Positions 1 to 10,325 of a DNA stretch of 64,000 nucleotides are shown piece by piece; positions within the stretch are counted from its first letter, which is position 1; each line of letters begins with the position of its first letter. The stretch covers positions 2,112,001 to 2,176,000 of the forward strand of contig CBDCXL010000002.1 in assembly GCA_965223795.1 (NCBI GenBank), read 5' to 3'. Source of the stretch: Nitrospinales bacterium (GTDB lineage: Bacteria > Nitrospinota > Nitrospinia > Nitrospinales > VA-1). Made by a program: the position numbers and the translations under genes. The notes below the pieces were generated by a model. The model did no database searches and was not told the DNA's origin. It worked only from the letters and a program-made list of their open reading frames with translations.

Positions 1-2
1 CC

Positions 3-332
3 TACCAGCGCAAATGGCGCGGCGTGTTCACGATGACCAATGTGGGCAGCTACCCGAGCGGCGCGTCGATCTACGGTGTGTTCGACCTTGCGGGCAACGT
101 GTGGGAATGGGTGGACGACTGGTACCACATGAAGTATTACAGCCTGGGCACGAAGAAGAATCCACGCGGTCCCGCCAATGGAGAATACAAAGTGGTGCGC
201 GGCGGCTCCTGGGTGAATTTCCCCGATACGCTGCGCAGCGCGCTCAGGCGCTGGAGCCGCCCGGAAGTGCGCTTCAACGACACGGGGTTCCGCTGCGCCA
301 AGGATGCGATCGATGAAACCAAAAAGAAATGA
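3..332 (+). CDS. FGE-sulfatase (SUMF1/EgtB-like) domain protein, 3' part (truncated by window start)
   Basis: Motifs GVFDLAGNVWEWVDDWY, VVRGGSW and GFRCAK; frame open from position 3; lacks the catalytic Cys pair of true FGE. Confidence 0.85.
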   Translation, partial: YQRKWRGVFTMTNVGSYPSGASIYGVFDLAGNVWEWVDDWYHMKYYSLGTKKNPRGPANGEYKVVRGGSWVNFPDTLRSALRRWSRPEVRFNDTGFRCAKDAIDETKKK

Positions 333-1968
333 GGCGCTGACCGACCGCGAACGGGAGATCCTGGCGCCGTACGTGTCGGATGTCTCGGCGAACGTGTTCG
401 CGCTGAAAAACCTCAATCCGGAGGTGATCGGCGCGGCGCTGGCGCGCTACAGCCGTGCGCCCACGGGGCTTAAGGAAACGGTGGCGCGCGAGTTTCTCAA
501 TGCGGACGGGACGCCCAACGAGGTCAAGGGCACCGAGCTGATCGACCGCGTGGTGAACAAGTTCGGCGACGAGTCGGTGGCGGAGCTTGCGGTGGCGCCG
601 CTGTGCATCGAGGAAGTGTCGAACCTGATGACCAAGATCATCGAGGACTGCCGCATCGGCGGCTCGCCCATCGAAGAGTCCACGCGCTACGTTCTGTACG
701 ATGAAAAAAAGGGCGGGCGGTGGCGCTACGTGCGGCCCCGAAGCGTTCTCGAGTCCGGGCTGAAGGACCCGTTCATCGGGACGATGGATTTTCTGTTCGA
801 AAGCTACGCCCGTCTGGTCGAGCCGATGCAGGACCTGTTCCGCAGGCGGCTGCCGCAAGAACAGTTCACCATCGAGGTGGAGCGGGACGGTACGATCGCA
901 ACGCTCACGCCCGACAAGCTGGCGAACGACGGCGAGCGCAAGGCGCACCGCATTGCCTACAGCTTCACCATACGCAGCGCCGCCTGCGACGTCATCCGCT
1001 GCATCCTGCCCGCCTGCACGCAGGCGAATCTGGGGCTGGTGGGCAACGGCCGGTTTTATACCGGGTTGATCTCAAAGCTGCTGACGCAGAACCTGACCGA
1101 AGGACACGATCTGGCGGACGCGATTCGCAACGCGCTCAACACGCAGATCCCCACGTTCATCAAGCGCGCGGCGCCCAACCCCTACCTGGCGGCAAACCAT
1201 CAACGCATGCGGACGCTGTGCGATGCGCTGTTCGCGGACCTGCCGATCGATAAGGCCGATGAGGTGTTGCTGCTCGAGAACGAGGACGCCTTCACCGGCA
1301 TGCTGGCATCGATGGTGTTTCCCTACGTCTCGCATTCGACGCCGCAGATTCGCAAGGTGATCCAGTCGCTGCCCGAGGAAAAGCGGATGGAAATTTTTTC
1401 GGCGTACACGGGCGAGAGGCGCAGCAAGCGCGACCGGCCGGGCCGGGCGCTGGAATACGGCTATCCCATCCAGTTCGACCTCATCGCGGGCTATGCGGAG
1501 TACCGCGACCTGCAGCGCCACCGCATGCTGACCCAGCAGCGGCAGGATCTCGGCATCGCTTTGGGTTATTCGATCCCGGAAGAGATCCGCGAAGTGGGCG
1601 AGGAGGCGCTGGTGCAGGAATGCTTCGAGCGTTCGGAAGCGCTGTACGGCGATCTTGTGCGGGCGGGCCTGCGCGAGGAGGCGCAGTACGCGACGCTGTT
1701 CAATCATTTCATCCGCTGGAACGTGGGAATGAATTTACGAGAGCTGGGCCATTTCACGGAACTGAGATCGCAGAAGGCGGGGCATCCCAAATACCGGCGC
1801 ACGGCGCAGCTCATGGCGCGGATCTACCTCAAGCGGCATCCGGAGATGGGGCCGGTGCTCAAGTTCGTCGATCACAACGACTACGATCAGAGCATCGCCC
1901 GCGCGGAACAGGAAGCCCGCACGGCGCGCAAAAGCCTGGCTGCCGGCGTGTTCGACGATCAGGATTGA
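313..1968 (+). CDS. thyX: FAD-dependent thymidylate synthase, long two-domain form
   Basis: ARYSR, FGDESVAEL, EESTRY and RDLQRHRM motifs; about 550 aa; start could be 304. Confidence 0.8.
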   Translation: MKPKRNEALTDREREILAPYVSDVSANVFALKNLNPEVIGAALARYSRAPTGLKETVAREFLNADGTPNEVKGTELIDRVVNKFGDESVAELAVAPLCIEEVSNLMTKIIEDCRIGGSPIEESTRYVLYDEKKGGRWRYVRPRSVLESGLKDPFIGTMDFLFESYARLVEPMQDLFRRRLPQEQFTIEVERDGTIATLTPDKLANDGERKAHRIAYSFTIRSAACDVIRCILPACTQANLGLVGNGRFYTGLISKLLTQNLTEGHDLADAIRNALNTQIPTFIKRAAPNPYLAANHQRMRTLCDALFADLPIDKADEVLLLENEDAFTGMLASMVFPYVSHSTPQIRKVIQSLPEEKRMEIFSAYTGERRSKRDRPGRALEYGYPIQFDLIAGYAEYRDLQRHRMLTQQRQDLGIALGYSIPEEIREVGEEALVQECFERSEALYGDLVRAGLREEAQYATLFNHFIRWNVGMNLRELGHFTELRSQKAGHPKYRRTAQLMARIYLKRHPEMGPVLKFVDHNDYDQSIARAEQEARTARKSLAAGVFDDQD

Positions 1969-2011
1969 GAGCGGGAATGTGAAACCGCGATCATGAGGAA
2001 ATAGCAGGGAG

Positions 2012-2042
2012 GAACCCCCGGCCCGGGGAGGCCGAGGGGTTC
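2012..2042. other. GC-rich stem-loop
   Basis: GAACCCCCGGCC-CGGGGA-GGCCGAGGGGTTC, 12-bp stem with one bulge; no U-tract on either strand. Confidence 0.6.
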
Positions 2043-2065
2043 GGTGAAGAAAGCGATTGAATTTT

Positions 2066-2093
2066 AGTATATTCCGATTTCCGAATGTGTCAA
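2066..2093 (-). promoter_or_regulatory. sigma70-type promoter with no downstream ORF
   Basis: Minus strand TTGACA(2093-2088)-N16-TATACT(2071-2066). Confidence 0.6.
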
Positions 2094-2113
2094 GTATTTT
2101 TCGGATATCGGAA
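2072..2113. promoter_or_regulatory. Pair of palindromic operator-like sites
   Basis: TTCCGATTTCCGAA (2072-2085) and TTCGGATATCGGAA (2100-2113), each one mismatch from TTCCGANNTCGGAA. Confidence 0.6.
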
Positions 2114-2560
2114 ATTTTTTTGCCTGGATCGGGAACCCTTTAATTTAAATCATTGATTGCGGGTTCCCGGCCGGGTTCGGTTCGTCATGCCTAAGAAACG
2201 GGGTTCGTTGATTTATTTCGGGGGCCGGTTCGTGATATGGCCTTGTGCCCGGTTTGGCTTCTGATTGCGAAACGCGGGGAGGACCTTGCGATTGGATCGA
2301 CTGCAGGGTCGATTCATTCCGCAGACTGAAACTGGATCGTGAAATGCATGACGTCGCGGCGCGGATTTTTTAAAAGAATGACGGCGGCTTGAATCGTTAA
2401 AAAAAAAGTTTTGTAAATAGTTTAAAACAACATTTTATGTTATGGTATGCGCTTCGGATTTTCAGTGCAGCGGCGTTGCCGTGGAAAATTTCATTTTGGA
2501 TCCAGATCCGCGATGCCTTTGCGACGGATCTGGATAGATTTTTAATGAGGGAACGATACG

Positions 2561-4117
2561 ATGAAAATTGGGGTGCCCAAAGAAGTTCATGCTGGTGAAA
2601 AACGCGTGGCGACCACCCCCGATGTCGCAAAACAGCTCATCAAGTTGGGTTTTGAAGTCGCTGTTGAGTCGGGCGCGGGTTCCAGCGCCAGCTATTCGGA
2701 TGCTTCTTTTGAAGAAGCGGGTGTGACGGTCGTCAACGATACCAGGCAGATCTGGAATGACAGCGACATCATTTTAAAAGTACGTGGCCCGGAACGGAAC
2801 CCGAATCTGAATGTGGATGAGGTGGATCTGCTCAAAGAGGGTCAAATCCTGATTTCGTTCCTCTGGCCGGCGCAAAATCCCGAACTGCTGAAAACACTGG
2901 CCGCAAAAAAAGTCACGGCCCTGGCCATGGACATGGTGCCGCGTATTTCCCGTGCGCAAAAGATGGACGCACTCAGCTCCATGGCGAACATCGCCGGATA
3001 CCGGGCCGTCGTGGAAGCCGCGCAGCATTTCGGCCGGTTCTTCACCGGGCAGATCACGGCGGCGGGAAAGGTTCCTCCGGCAAAAGTCATGGTCATCGGC
3101 GCGGGCGTTGCCGGTCTGGCCGCCATCGGCGCCGCAAAGAGCATGGGCGCCATCGTGCGGGCGTTCGACACGCGGCCGGAAGTGAAAGAGCAGGTCGAGA
3201 GCATGGACGCGGAGTTTCTGGAACTCGATTTTGAAGAAGAGGGTTCCGGTACCGGCGGGTACGCAAAAGTGATGAGTAAAGAATTCATCGAAGCGGAAAT
3301 GGCCCTGTTCGCGGAGCAGGCCAAGGAAGTGGATATCATCATCACCACCGCGTTGATTCCCGGCAAACCGGCTCCGGAACTGATCCTGGAAGACATGGTG
3401 AAATCCATGAAAGACGGCAGCGTGATCGTGGACCTCGCCGCGGAGCAGGGGGGCAACTGCAAGCTGACGGAAGCGGGGAAAGTGATCCAGGTTCATGGCG
3501 TTTCCATCATCGGCTACACCGACCTGCCGAGCCGTCTGGCGGCGACGTCGAGCCAGCTGTACGCGACCAATCTGCGCCACCTGCTCACGGACATGTGTCC
3601 GGAAAAGGACGGCAACGTCAAAGTGGATTTTGAAGATGAAGTGGTGCGGGGAGCGACGGCTGTCAAGGAGGGAGAGATCACCTTCCCGCCGCCTGCGCCC
3701 AAACTTTCAGCGGCGGCACCGGCGAAACCGGCGGAACCCGCCAGGCCGCCTGAAGAACCCAAGGAAGAAAAACCTTCCTGGGTGGGGCCGGTCGTCACGT
3801 TTGTGCTCGGGGCTTTGACCCTGCTGGGCGTCGGTTCGGTGGCGCCCGCATCCTTCATGGCCCATTTTACGGTTTTCGTTCTGGCTTGCTTTGTCGGCTA
3901 CATGGTCATCTGGAACGTGACGCCGGCGCTGCACACGCCGTTGATGAGTGTGACCAACGCCATCAGCAGCATCATCATCGTGGGCGCAATCATACAGATC
4001 AGTTCAGGAGAGACACTTCTTATGGCGGTGGCGGCATTCGCATGTCTGATCACCGCAGTCAATATCGTGGGCGGGTTTGCGGTGACACGCCGCATGCTTG
4101 ACATGTTTCGCAAGTAG
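2561..4117 (+). CDS. pntA: NAD(P) transhydrogenase subunit alpha
   Basis: MKIGVPKE...EKRVA start, GAGVAG Rossmann motif, [13 protein letters not shown] membrane domain. Confidence 0.97.
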   Translation: MKIGVPKEVHAGEKRVATTPDVAKQLIKLGFEVAVESGAGSSASYSDASFEEAGVTVVNDTRQIWNDSDIILKVRGPERNPNLNVDEVDLLKEGQILISFLWPAQNPELLKTLAAKKVTALAMDMVPRISRAQKMDALSSMANIAGYRAVVEAAQHFGRFFTGQITAAGKVPPAKVMVIGAGVAGLAAIGAAKSMGAIVRAFDTRPEVKEQVESMDAEFLELDFEEEGSGTGGYAKVMSKEFIEAEMALFAEQAKEVDIIITTALIPGKPAPELILEDMVKSMKDGSVIVDLAAEQGGNCKLTEAGKVIQVHGVSIIGYTDLPSRLAATSSQLYATNLRHLLTDMCPEKDGNVKVDFEDEVVRGATAVKEGEITFPPPAPKLSAAAPAKPAEPARPPEEPKEEKPSWVGPVVTFVLGALTLLGVGSVAPASFMAHFTVFVLACFVGYMVIWNVTPALHTPLMSVTNAISSIIIVGAIIQISSGETLLMAVAAFACLITAVNIVGGFAVTRRMLDMFRK

Positions 4118-4128
4118 GAGGCGATTCG

Positions 4129-5517
4129 ATGAGCGCAGGTATAGTGACCGCCTCTTATATCGGGGCGACCATTCTTTTCATTCTTGCATTGGGCGGATTG
4201 AGCCATCCGGAGTCTTCCCGGCGCGGCAACCTGTATGGCATTCTGGGCATGACCCTCGCCCTCATCGCCACCATCTCCGGGGTCACGGCCAATCTGCCGG
4301 TTCTGATCGCTTCCCTGGTGATCGGCGGCGCTATCGGTCTGGTGCTGGCGCGCCGCGTGCAGATGACGGAGATGCCCGAACTGGTGGCCATTCTGCACAG
4401 CCTGGTGGGACTGGCGGCGGTTCTGGTCGGTTTCGCCAATTTCATGGACCCCGATGTGCATTTCACCGGGACGGAACTCACCATTCACGATATCGAAACC
4501 TATCTGGGCATTCTCATCGGGGCGGTCACGTTTTCCGGGTCCGTCATCGCGTTCGGGAAACTCAGCGGAAAGATCACCGGGAATCCCATTCTGCTGCCGG
4601 CGCGGCACTGGCTCAACCTGGGTCTGCTTTTGGGTTCCATCTACCTTTGCAAGCTGTTTGTCGAGCAGTCCGCCGCGGGCGGCGGCATGATGCCGCTTTT
4701 GATCATGACCGTCATCGCCCTGCTGTTCGGGGTTCATATGGTCATGGCGATCGGCGGGGCGGACATGCCGGTGGTGGTGTCCATGCTCAACAGCTATTCC
4801 GGCTGGGCGGCTTCCGCGACGGGTTTCATGCTCAACAACGACCTGCTCATCGTGACAGGCGCCCTGGTCGGCAGCAGCGGCGCCATCCTCAGTTACATCA
4901 TGTGCCGCGCCATGAACCGCAAGTTCCTGGCGGTGATCGCCGGTGGTTTCGGCACCACCACGGGCGGCGGCGCCGCTTCGGCGGAAGAGCAGGGTGAGGT
5001 GGTGGCGCTGCAAGCCAATGAGGTTGGAAGCTTGTTGGCGGAATCGAAGGAAATCATCATCATTCCGGGTTACGGCATGGCCGTCGCCCAGGCCCAGCAC
5101 ATCGTGTGCGAAATCACCAAAGCGCTGCGCGCCAAGAAAGTCAACGTGCGGTTCGCCATTCATCCCGTCGCCGGACGCATGCCGGGACACATGAACGTGT
5201 TGCTGGCGGAAGCCAAGGTTCCCTACGACATCGTTTTTGAAATGGATGAAATCAATGAAGACTTTCCGAACACGGATGTTGCGATCGTCATCGGCGCGAA
5301 CGACATCGTCAATCCCTCGGCGCAGACGGACCCGAACAGTCCCATAGCGGGCATGCCGGTGCTGGAATGCTGGAAGGCCAAGACCACCGTTGTACTGAAA
5401 CGCAGCATGGCGACCGGCTACGCGGGCGTGCAGAACCCGCTGTTCTTCAAGGAGAACACCCGCATGCTGTTCGGCGATGCCCACTCCAGTCTGGACGAGG
5501 TGTTCAAGAACCTCTGA
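4129..5517 (+). CDS. pntB: NAD(P) transhydrogenase subunit beta
   Basis: [48 protein letters not shown]. Confidence 0.97.
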   Translation: MSAGIVTASYIGATILFILALGGLSHPESSRRGNLYGILGMTLALIATISGVTANLPVLIASLVIGGAIGLVLARRVQMTEMPELVAILHSLVGLAAVLVGFANFMDPDVHFTGTELTIHDIETYLGILIGAVTFSGSVIAFGKLSGKITGNPILLPARHWLNLGLLLGSIYLCKLFVEQSAAGGGMMPLLIMTVIALLFGVHMVMAIGGADMPVVVSMLNSYSGWAASATGFMLNNDLLIVTGALVGSSGAILSYIMCRAMNRKFLAVIAGGFGTTTGGGAASAEEQGEVVALQANEVGSLLAESKEIIIIPGYGMAVAQAQHIVCEITKALRAKKVNVRFAIHPVAGRMPGHMNVLLAEAKVPYDIVFEMDEINEDFPNTDVAIVIGANDIVNPSAQTDPNSPIAGMPVLECWKAKTTVVLKRSMATGYAGVQNPLFFKENTRMLFGDAHSSLDEVFKNL

Positions 5518-5647
5518 CGCCCGGTTTCCCGTTCAAGCAAAGCCGCTCTCGGTTCGCGGTGTGTGCGCTGATCCTCCCCGTTCTCAATGGACAACACCTC
5601 TCCGGTGTTTGGCGGCGTCAGGATCGCGAGTGAGAACAAGAGGTCGT

Positions 5648-6505
5648 TCAGGGAAGGCTGAACACCAGATTGCCCTTAAAAGAGGGCACCAGCACCCGGT
5701 TGCGCCTGAAATCGAAGGACAACTGCGCCGGGGTCACCACGTTTTTTCGCAACACTTCCACCTCTGAATAATTTTTGATCCGGTAGACGACGCCGGCTTT
5801 GAAATCGGCGACGATCAGGTTTCCCGCCTTATCGAAAGCGATGCCCTGCGGGTTTTCAAACTGCTTGTTGAGCAGCGGAAACAGCGTGCCCTTGCCGTCG
5901 ACGCTCAGTATCCGGCCCGACTGTGCGCCGGCGACCAGCAGCCGTTTGTGGCGGGCATCGTGCAGCAGGCCGCTGGGGTTTCCCAGGCGGGGGTCCTTGG
6001 CGAACACGGTGGCCAGGAAGTTGTTCTGCGGCTCCACGCGGAAAATCGTGTTCGACAGCGTGTCGGCGGCATAGAGTCTCCCCTCCGTATCGAAGGCGAG
6101 CCCGTTGAGCTGCCGGGCCCCGATCAGGGACAGGTCGATGCTCCCCAGCAGATTGCCCTTTTTCTTGTCGAAGCGGCGCAAAGTGTCGATGTCGGCGACG
6201 TACAGGTAGGGGCCGTGGATGGCCAGGCCGCGGGGCGCGTTCAGCACCGCGCCGTCCTGGCCCGAGCGGATGAACTGCTCCTGCAACGGTTTTCCCGAAG
6301 GATCGAGGACGGCAATGAAGCCGTGGTTGTCTTTTTGCTGCGCAGTGCCTACGATGTTGGAGACGTAATACAATCCCGTCTCTGGATCGGTGATGACGCT
6401 GTGCGGCGCGTTCATGCCGCCGGCGCGCAGGGAATCTGCGGCCGCGGCGAGGGTGAGGGCCGCTGCCAGGAGCAGGCACAGCAGGTTCAAGCGTTTCCGT
6501 TTCAT
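5648..6505 (-). CDS. Exported beta-propeller protein (SMP-30/gluconolactonase-like)
   Basis: Signal peptide MKRKRLNLLCLLLAAALTLAAAA; repeated P-x-G-L/I-A...L-Y-V-A-D blades. Confidence 0.75.
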   Translation of the reverse strand: MKRKRLNLLCLLLAAALTLAAAADSLRAGGMNAPHSVITDPETGLYYVSNIVGTAQQKDNHGFIAVLDPSGKPLQEQFIRSGQDGAVLNAPRGLAIHGPYLYVADIDTLRRFDKKKGNLLGSIDLSLIGARQLNGLAFDTEGRLYAADTLSNTIFRVEPQNNFLATVFAKDPRLGNPSGLLHDARHKRLLVAGAQSGRILSVDGKGTLFPLLNKQFENPQGIAFDKAGNLIVADFKAGVVYRIKNYSEVEVLRKNVVTPAQLSFDFRRNRVLVPSFKGNLVFSLP

Positions 6506-6634
6506 TGCAAAATGTTTTGACTTTGAAAGACACATTTTTTTCAAGACGACAAAGCGAGCTTAACACATTGCGGCGCGGCTTATGAATTGCGCTTTGAATA
6601 ACAGGATTGAAAGTCCACTTCCCGGTGAGCGGCC

Positions 6635-6943
6635 ATGAAAAAAAACAGGGACCTGATGTTCGGCATCGTGCTTCTGGGATTGACCGGCGTCCTGATCGGC
6701 GTGGTCACCCACAGCATGTGGCTCAGTCTGGTCGCGGGCTTGCTGGGCGTCGTGGTGGGCGGCTTTCTCGGTTGGCTGGGCGGGCGGCGCTACCTCATCA
6801 CCGTGTGCGTGGGCATCCTGATCGGCGCGTATTTCGGCTACAAAAGCGACGATAAGGACATCCTGATCATCGCGGCGGGCTCCGGCGGCGCCATCGGCGG
6901 CTTCATCGGCGCGCAGCTGGAGCTGTTCATGAAGCGGCGGTGA
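6635..6943 (+). CDS. Small Gly-rich membrane protein
   Basis: 102 aa, 3-4 hydrophobic helices with GxxxG zippers. Confidence 0.7.
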   Translation: MKKNRDLMFGIVLLGLTGVLIGVVTHSMWLSLVAGLLGVVVGGFLGWLGGRRYLITVCVGILIGAYFGYKSDDKDILIIAAGSGGAIGGFIGAQLELFMKRR

Positions 6944-6956
6944 GATTGCGGTTGAA

Positions 6957-7499
6957 TCACGGAAAACCCAGTAAAAAGGCGCGGGCCGTGACGATCGCAA
7001 AAGAGACGAACAGAAAACCGGCCATGGGCGCAAACTTTGGCAGCTTGTGCACTTGTTCGCTCATCGTGAATAAAAGGAAATGCGACCAGGAAAAAAGGAT
7101 CAAGCCATAAATCACCGGAATGAGGACGAACAGCGTCACCACCGGAAGAATCGCCGTGCCGTAGGCCGCACAGCGGTGCGCGGTTTCATAGGATTCTTTC
7201 GATCGCATGAGTTTCCAGATTAGATACAGCATTCCGGAAAAGACAAACGAACCGGCCAGGGGAAGCAGCGCCGCAGACAGCCATAACAGCAGATTGTTCT
7301 GCACCTGAAGATTCACCCAAGCCAACTCCAGAGAGCCCAACCGGAACGCCCCGGCTGCGAACTCCAGAATATAAACCAATACAAACATGACCGCCAAAAA
7401 TAGCAGGGGGTCGGCATAGCCTCCCTTTTTGGGCATGTCCCGGTAGAAGTTCACGGGATGGAGAATGACTTGAATGGCATTGCGGAATAGTTTTTTCAT
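6957..7499 (-). CDS. YIP1-family membrane protein
   Basis: VILHPVNFYRDMPKKGGYADPLLF N-terminus and about 5 TM helices; ATG at 7499. Confidence 0.7.
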   Translation of the reverse strand: MKKLFRNAIQVILHPVNFYRDMPKKGGYADPLLFLAVMFVLVYILEFAAGAFRLGSLELAWVNLQVQNNLLLWLSAALLPLAGSFVFSGMLYLIWKLMRSKESYETAHRCAAYGTAILPVVTLFVLIPVIYGLILFSWSHFLLFTMSEQVHKLPKFAPMAGFLFVSFAIVTARAFLLGFP

Positions 7500-7635
7500 G
7501 AATGTATGGGTGAGAATCGGAAAGTAAGAGCGGGTTGGCGATGAACCCGTCAAGCAAGGAGATGGGCAGCGCCATCGGCGCGCATGACGAGCGTGTCCTG
7601 CAGCAGAGGTTAAATTTAACGATTCAATCTGAGCG

Positions 7636-8146
7636 TCACGAACCCGATGATTTCGAATTTTTGTAGTGATCAAAGGCTTCATAAAATTCGCCGTTGGGTT
7701 TGTCCGCGAAGCCATCATCGGCCTGAAATAAAACAGCGGCCGGGGCCATTTGCATGATTCGGTAGAAAAACTCGAAAAGCGCGTTCACTTCCTTCTTGCC
7801 CCACTGTTTCCCCATGCGATAGTCGAAAGCGATTCTTTGAGGCTCCACGAACACTCCCAGTTGCGGAATTTCCACATCTTCGATCACCAGTTTATCCAGA
7901 CAAATGTGAAAAATGCTCAACTTCCCGTCGACAAATTTCTGTGCCGGATTGTCCACGTCCTCATAGGGCAGGTTGTCCTCTGCATCGTGACTCCATAATT
8001 CCATGCTTTCGATATTTTGAATTCCTCCGATCGAGACCACCCAATTGTAGACGGTGACCACTTCACCATCGGTCAGGTTGTCGACAAAGATATCCGGCAA
8101 AGATCCATCGTCATTTTCAAATAAATGGCGGACTTGCTCGAATAGT

Positions 8147-8154
<8 letters not shown>
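7636..8154 (-). CDS. Acidic hypothetical protein
   Basis: 172-aa ORF overlapping the msrP stop (ATGCCTGA); visibly more AT-rich than flanks. Confidence 0.7.
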
Positions 8155-9109
<955 letters not shown>

Positions 9110-9121
9110 GGCGTTGTCCCC

Positions 9122-9439
9122 TCAGCCCACCCAGTCGTCGATGCACTTGAGATAGGCGGGCAGGCCTTCCAGGATGGGCAATGCGATGACCTCCGGAACG
9201 TCGTAGCTGTGGTGTTTCTGTACCCAGTCCTTGAGCGCGTCGAGCTTTTCGGCGCGGGTTTTTACGATCAGCAGGAATTCCGCGTCCTCGCAGATCTTGC
9301 CGTCCCAGAAGTAGGTGGAGGTGATGCCGGGCAGCGTGTTGACGCAGTAGGCGAGTTTTTCCTCCACCAGACCGCGGCTGAGCTTCTGCGACTCTTCGGC
9401 CGATCCTGCGGTGATCATGACGACGCGGTGCGGATTCAT
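9122..9439 (-). CDS. cutA: Divalent-cation tolerance protein CutA
   Basis: LVEEKLAYCVN, STYFWDG, HSYDVPEVI. Confidence 0.9.
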   Translation of the reverse strand: MNPHRVVMITAGSAEESQKLSRGLVEEKLAYCVNTLPGITSTYFWDGKICEDAEFLLIVKTRAEKLDALKDWVQKHHSYDVPEVIALPILEGLPAYLKCIDDWVG

Positions 9440-9473
9440 CAACGGTTCCCGGTTGCGTGAACGGTCGGATTCA

Positions 9474-10061
9474 TCATAGCACGAACTTGAGCAGATAAAA
9501 TCCCAGCACAAGCAGGACGAAAAAAACGATGGTGAACAGGTTGAAATATTTTTCGATGAGCGCTTTGATCGGCGGGCCGAATTTATAGACCAGATACGAC
9601 ACGAGGAAGAAACGCAGCGAACGGCCCAGCGTCGAGGCGATGACGAAGACGAGGAAATTGATCTCGAACGCGCCGGCGGCAAGGGTGAAGATCTTGTAGG
9701 GCAGCGGCGTGAACCCGGCGGCGGCGACGGCCCAGCCCTGGTACTCGTTGTACAGGTGGCCGATCTTTTCGAACTGCGGCTGAAGGTGGTAAAACTCGAC
9801 GATGCGGTTTCCCACAATGTCCATGAACTGCCAGCCCAGAAGGTAGCCGAACATGCCGCCCAGCACGGAGGCCGCGGAACACAGAAAGGCGTAGCGCAGC
9901 CAGAGCGCGGGCAGGGCGATGACCATGGCGATGAGCAGGACATCGGGCGGAACGGGAAAGAAGGACGATTCCACGAACGAGATGATGACGAGCGCGGGCA
10001 CGGCGTAGGGAGTGGCCGACCAGTGGAGGACCCAGTCGTAGAGGGAGCGCAGCCATTTCAT
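9474..10061 (-). CDS. YqaA/DedA (VTT) family membrane protein
   Basis: SFVESSFFPVPPD, AGFTPLPYKIFT, GRSLRF. Confidence 0.88.
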   Translation of the reverse strand: MKWLRSLYDWVLHWSATPYAVPALVIISFVESSFFPVPPDVLLIAMVIALPALWLRYAFLCSAASVLGGMFGYLLGWQFMDIVGNRIVEFYHLQPQFEKIGHLYNEYQGWAVAAAGFTPLPYKIFTLAAGAFEINFLVFVIASTLGRSLRFFLVSYLVYKFGPPIKALIEKYFNLFTIVFFVLLVLGFYLLKFVL

Positions 10062-10104
10062 CGGCGCGGGTCCTGAAGCGGGGGCATCGGGGAGCGGTGC
10101 GGCA

Positions 10105-10242
10105 TCAATCCTGTTCCTGCTTCTGGTTGGCGGCGTCTTCCGTGCTCTCCTGCGTGGTTTTCCCCGCGTTTCCGCCCTCGCACCCGGAAGCCGCAAACAG
10201 GCCCAGGACCACCAGTATCAGGAACGCTTTTTTCAAATCCAT
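10105..10242 (-). CDS. 45-aa lipoprotein (not in ORF track)
   Basis: MDLKKAFLILVVLGLFAASGC-EGGNAGKTTQESTEDAANQKQEQD*; AGGAGG RBS upstream; lipobox-like ASGC. Confidence 0.75.
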   Translation of the reverse strand: MDLKKAFLILVVLGLFAASGCEGGNAGKTTQESTEDAANQKQEQD

Positions 10243-10325
10243 CAGGGCTGCCTCCTTTCTCCTTGTTTGCAGAGCGCTGTTTGGGGAACGCTGCCCGCGC
10301 CGGCGGATTCTCGGGCAGAGGCGTT

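Noticed and set aside
2409..2430. Possible Rex operator (TTGTAAATAGTTTAAAAC) upstream of pntA
   Set aside because: The second half-site fits TTCACAA poorly and the region is simply AT-rich
3898..5484. Long antisense ORFs (for example 3898-5484, 21565-23235, 39876-41471, 53555-54649)
   Set aside because: Shadow frames of well-supported genes, typical of high-GC coding DNA; no motifs or RBS
7500..7635. attC-like integron site between the AT-richer genes (GTTAAATTTAAC)
   Set aside because: No proper R/L box spacing and no integrase in the window
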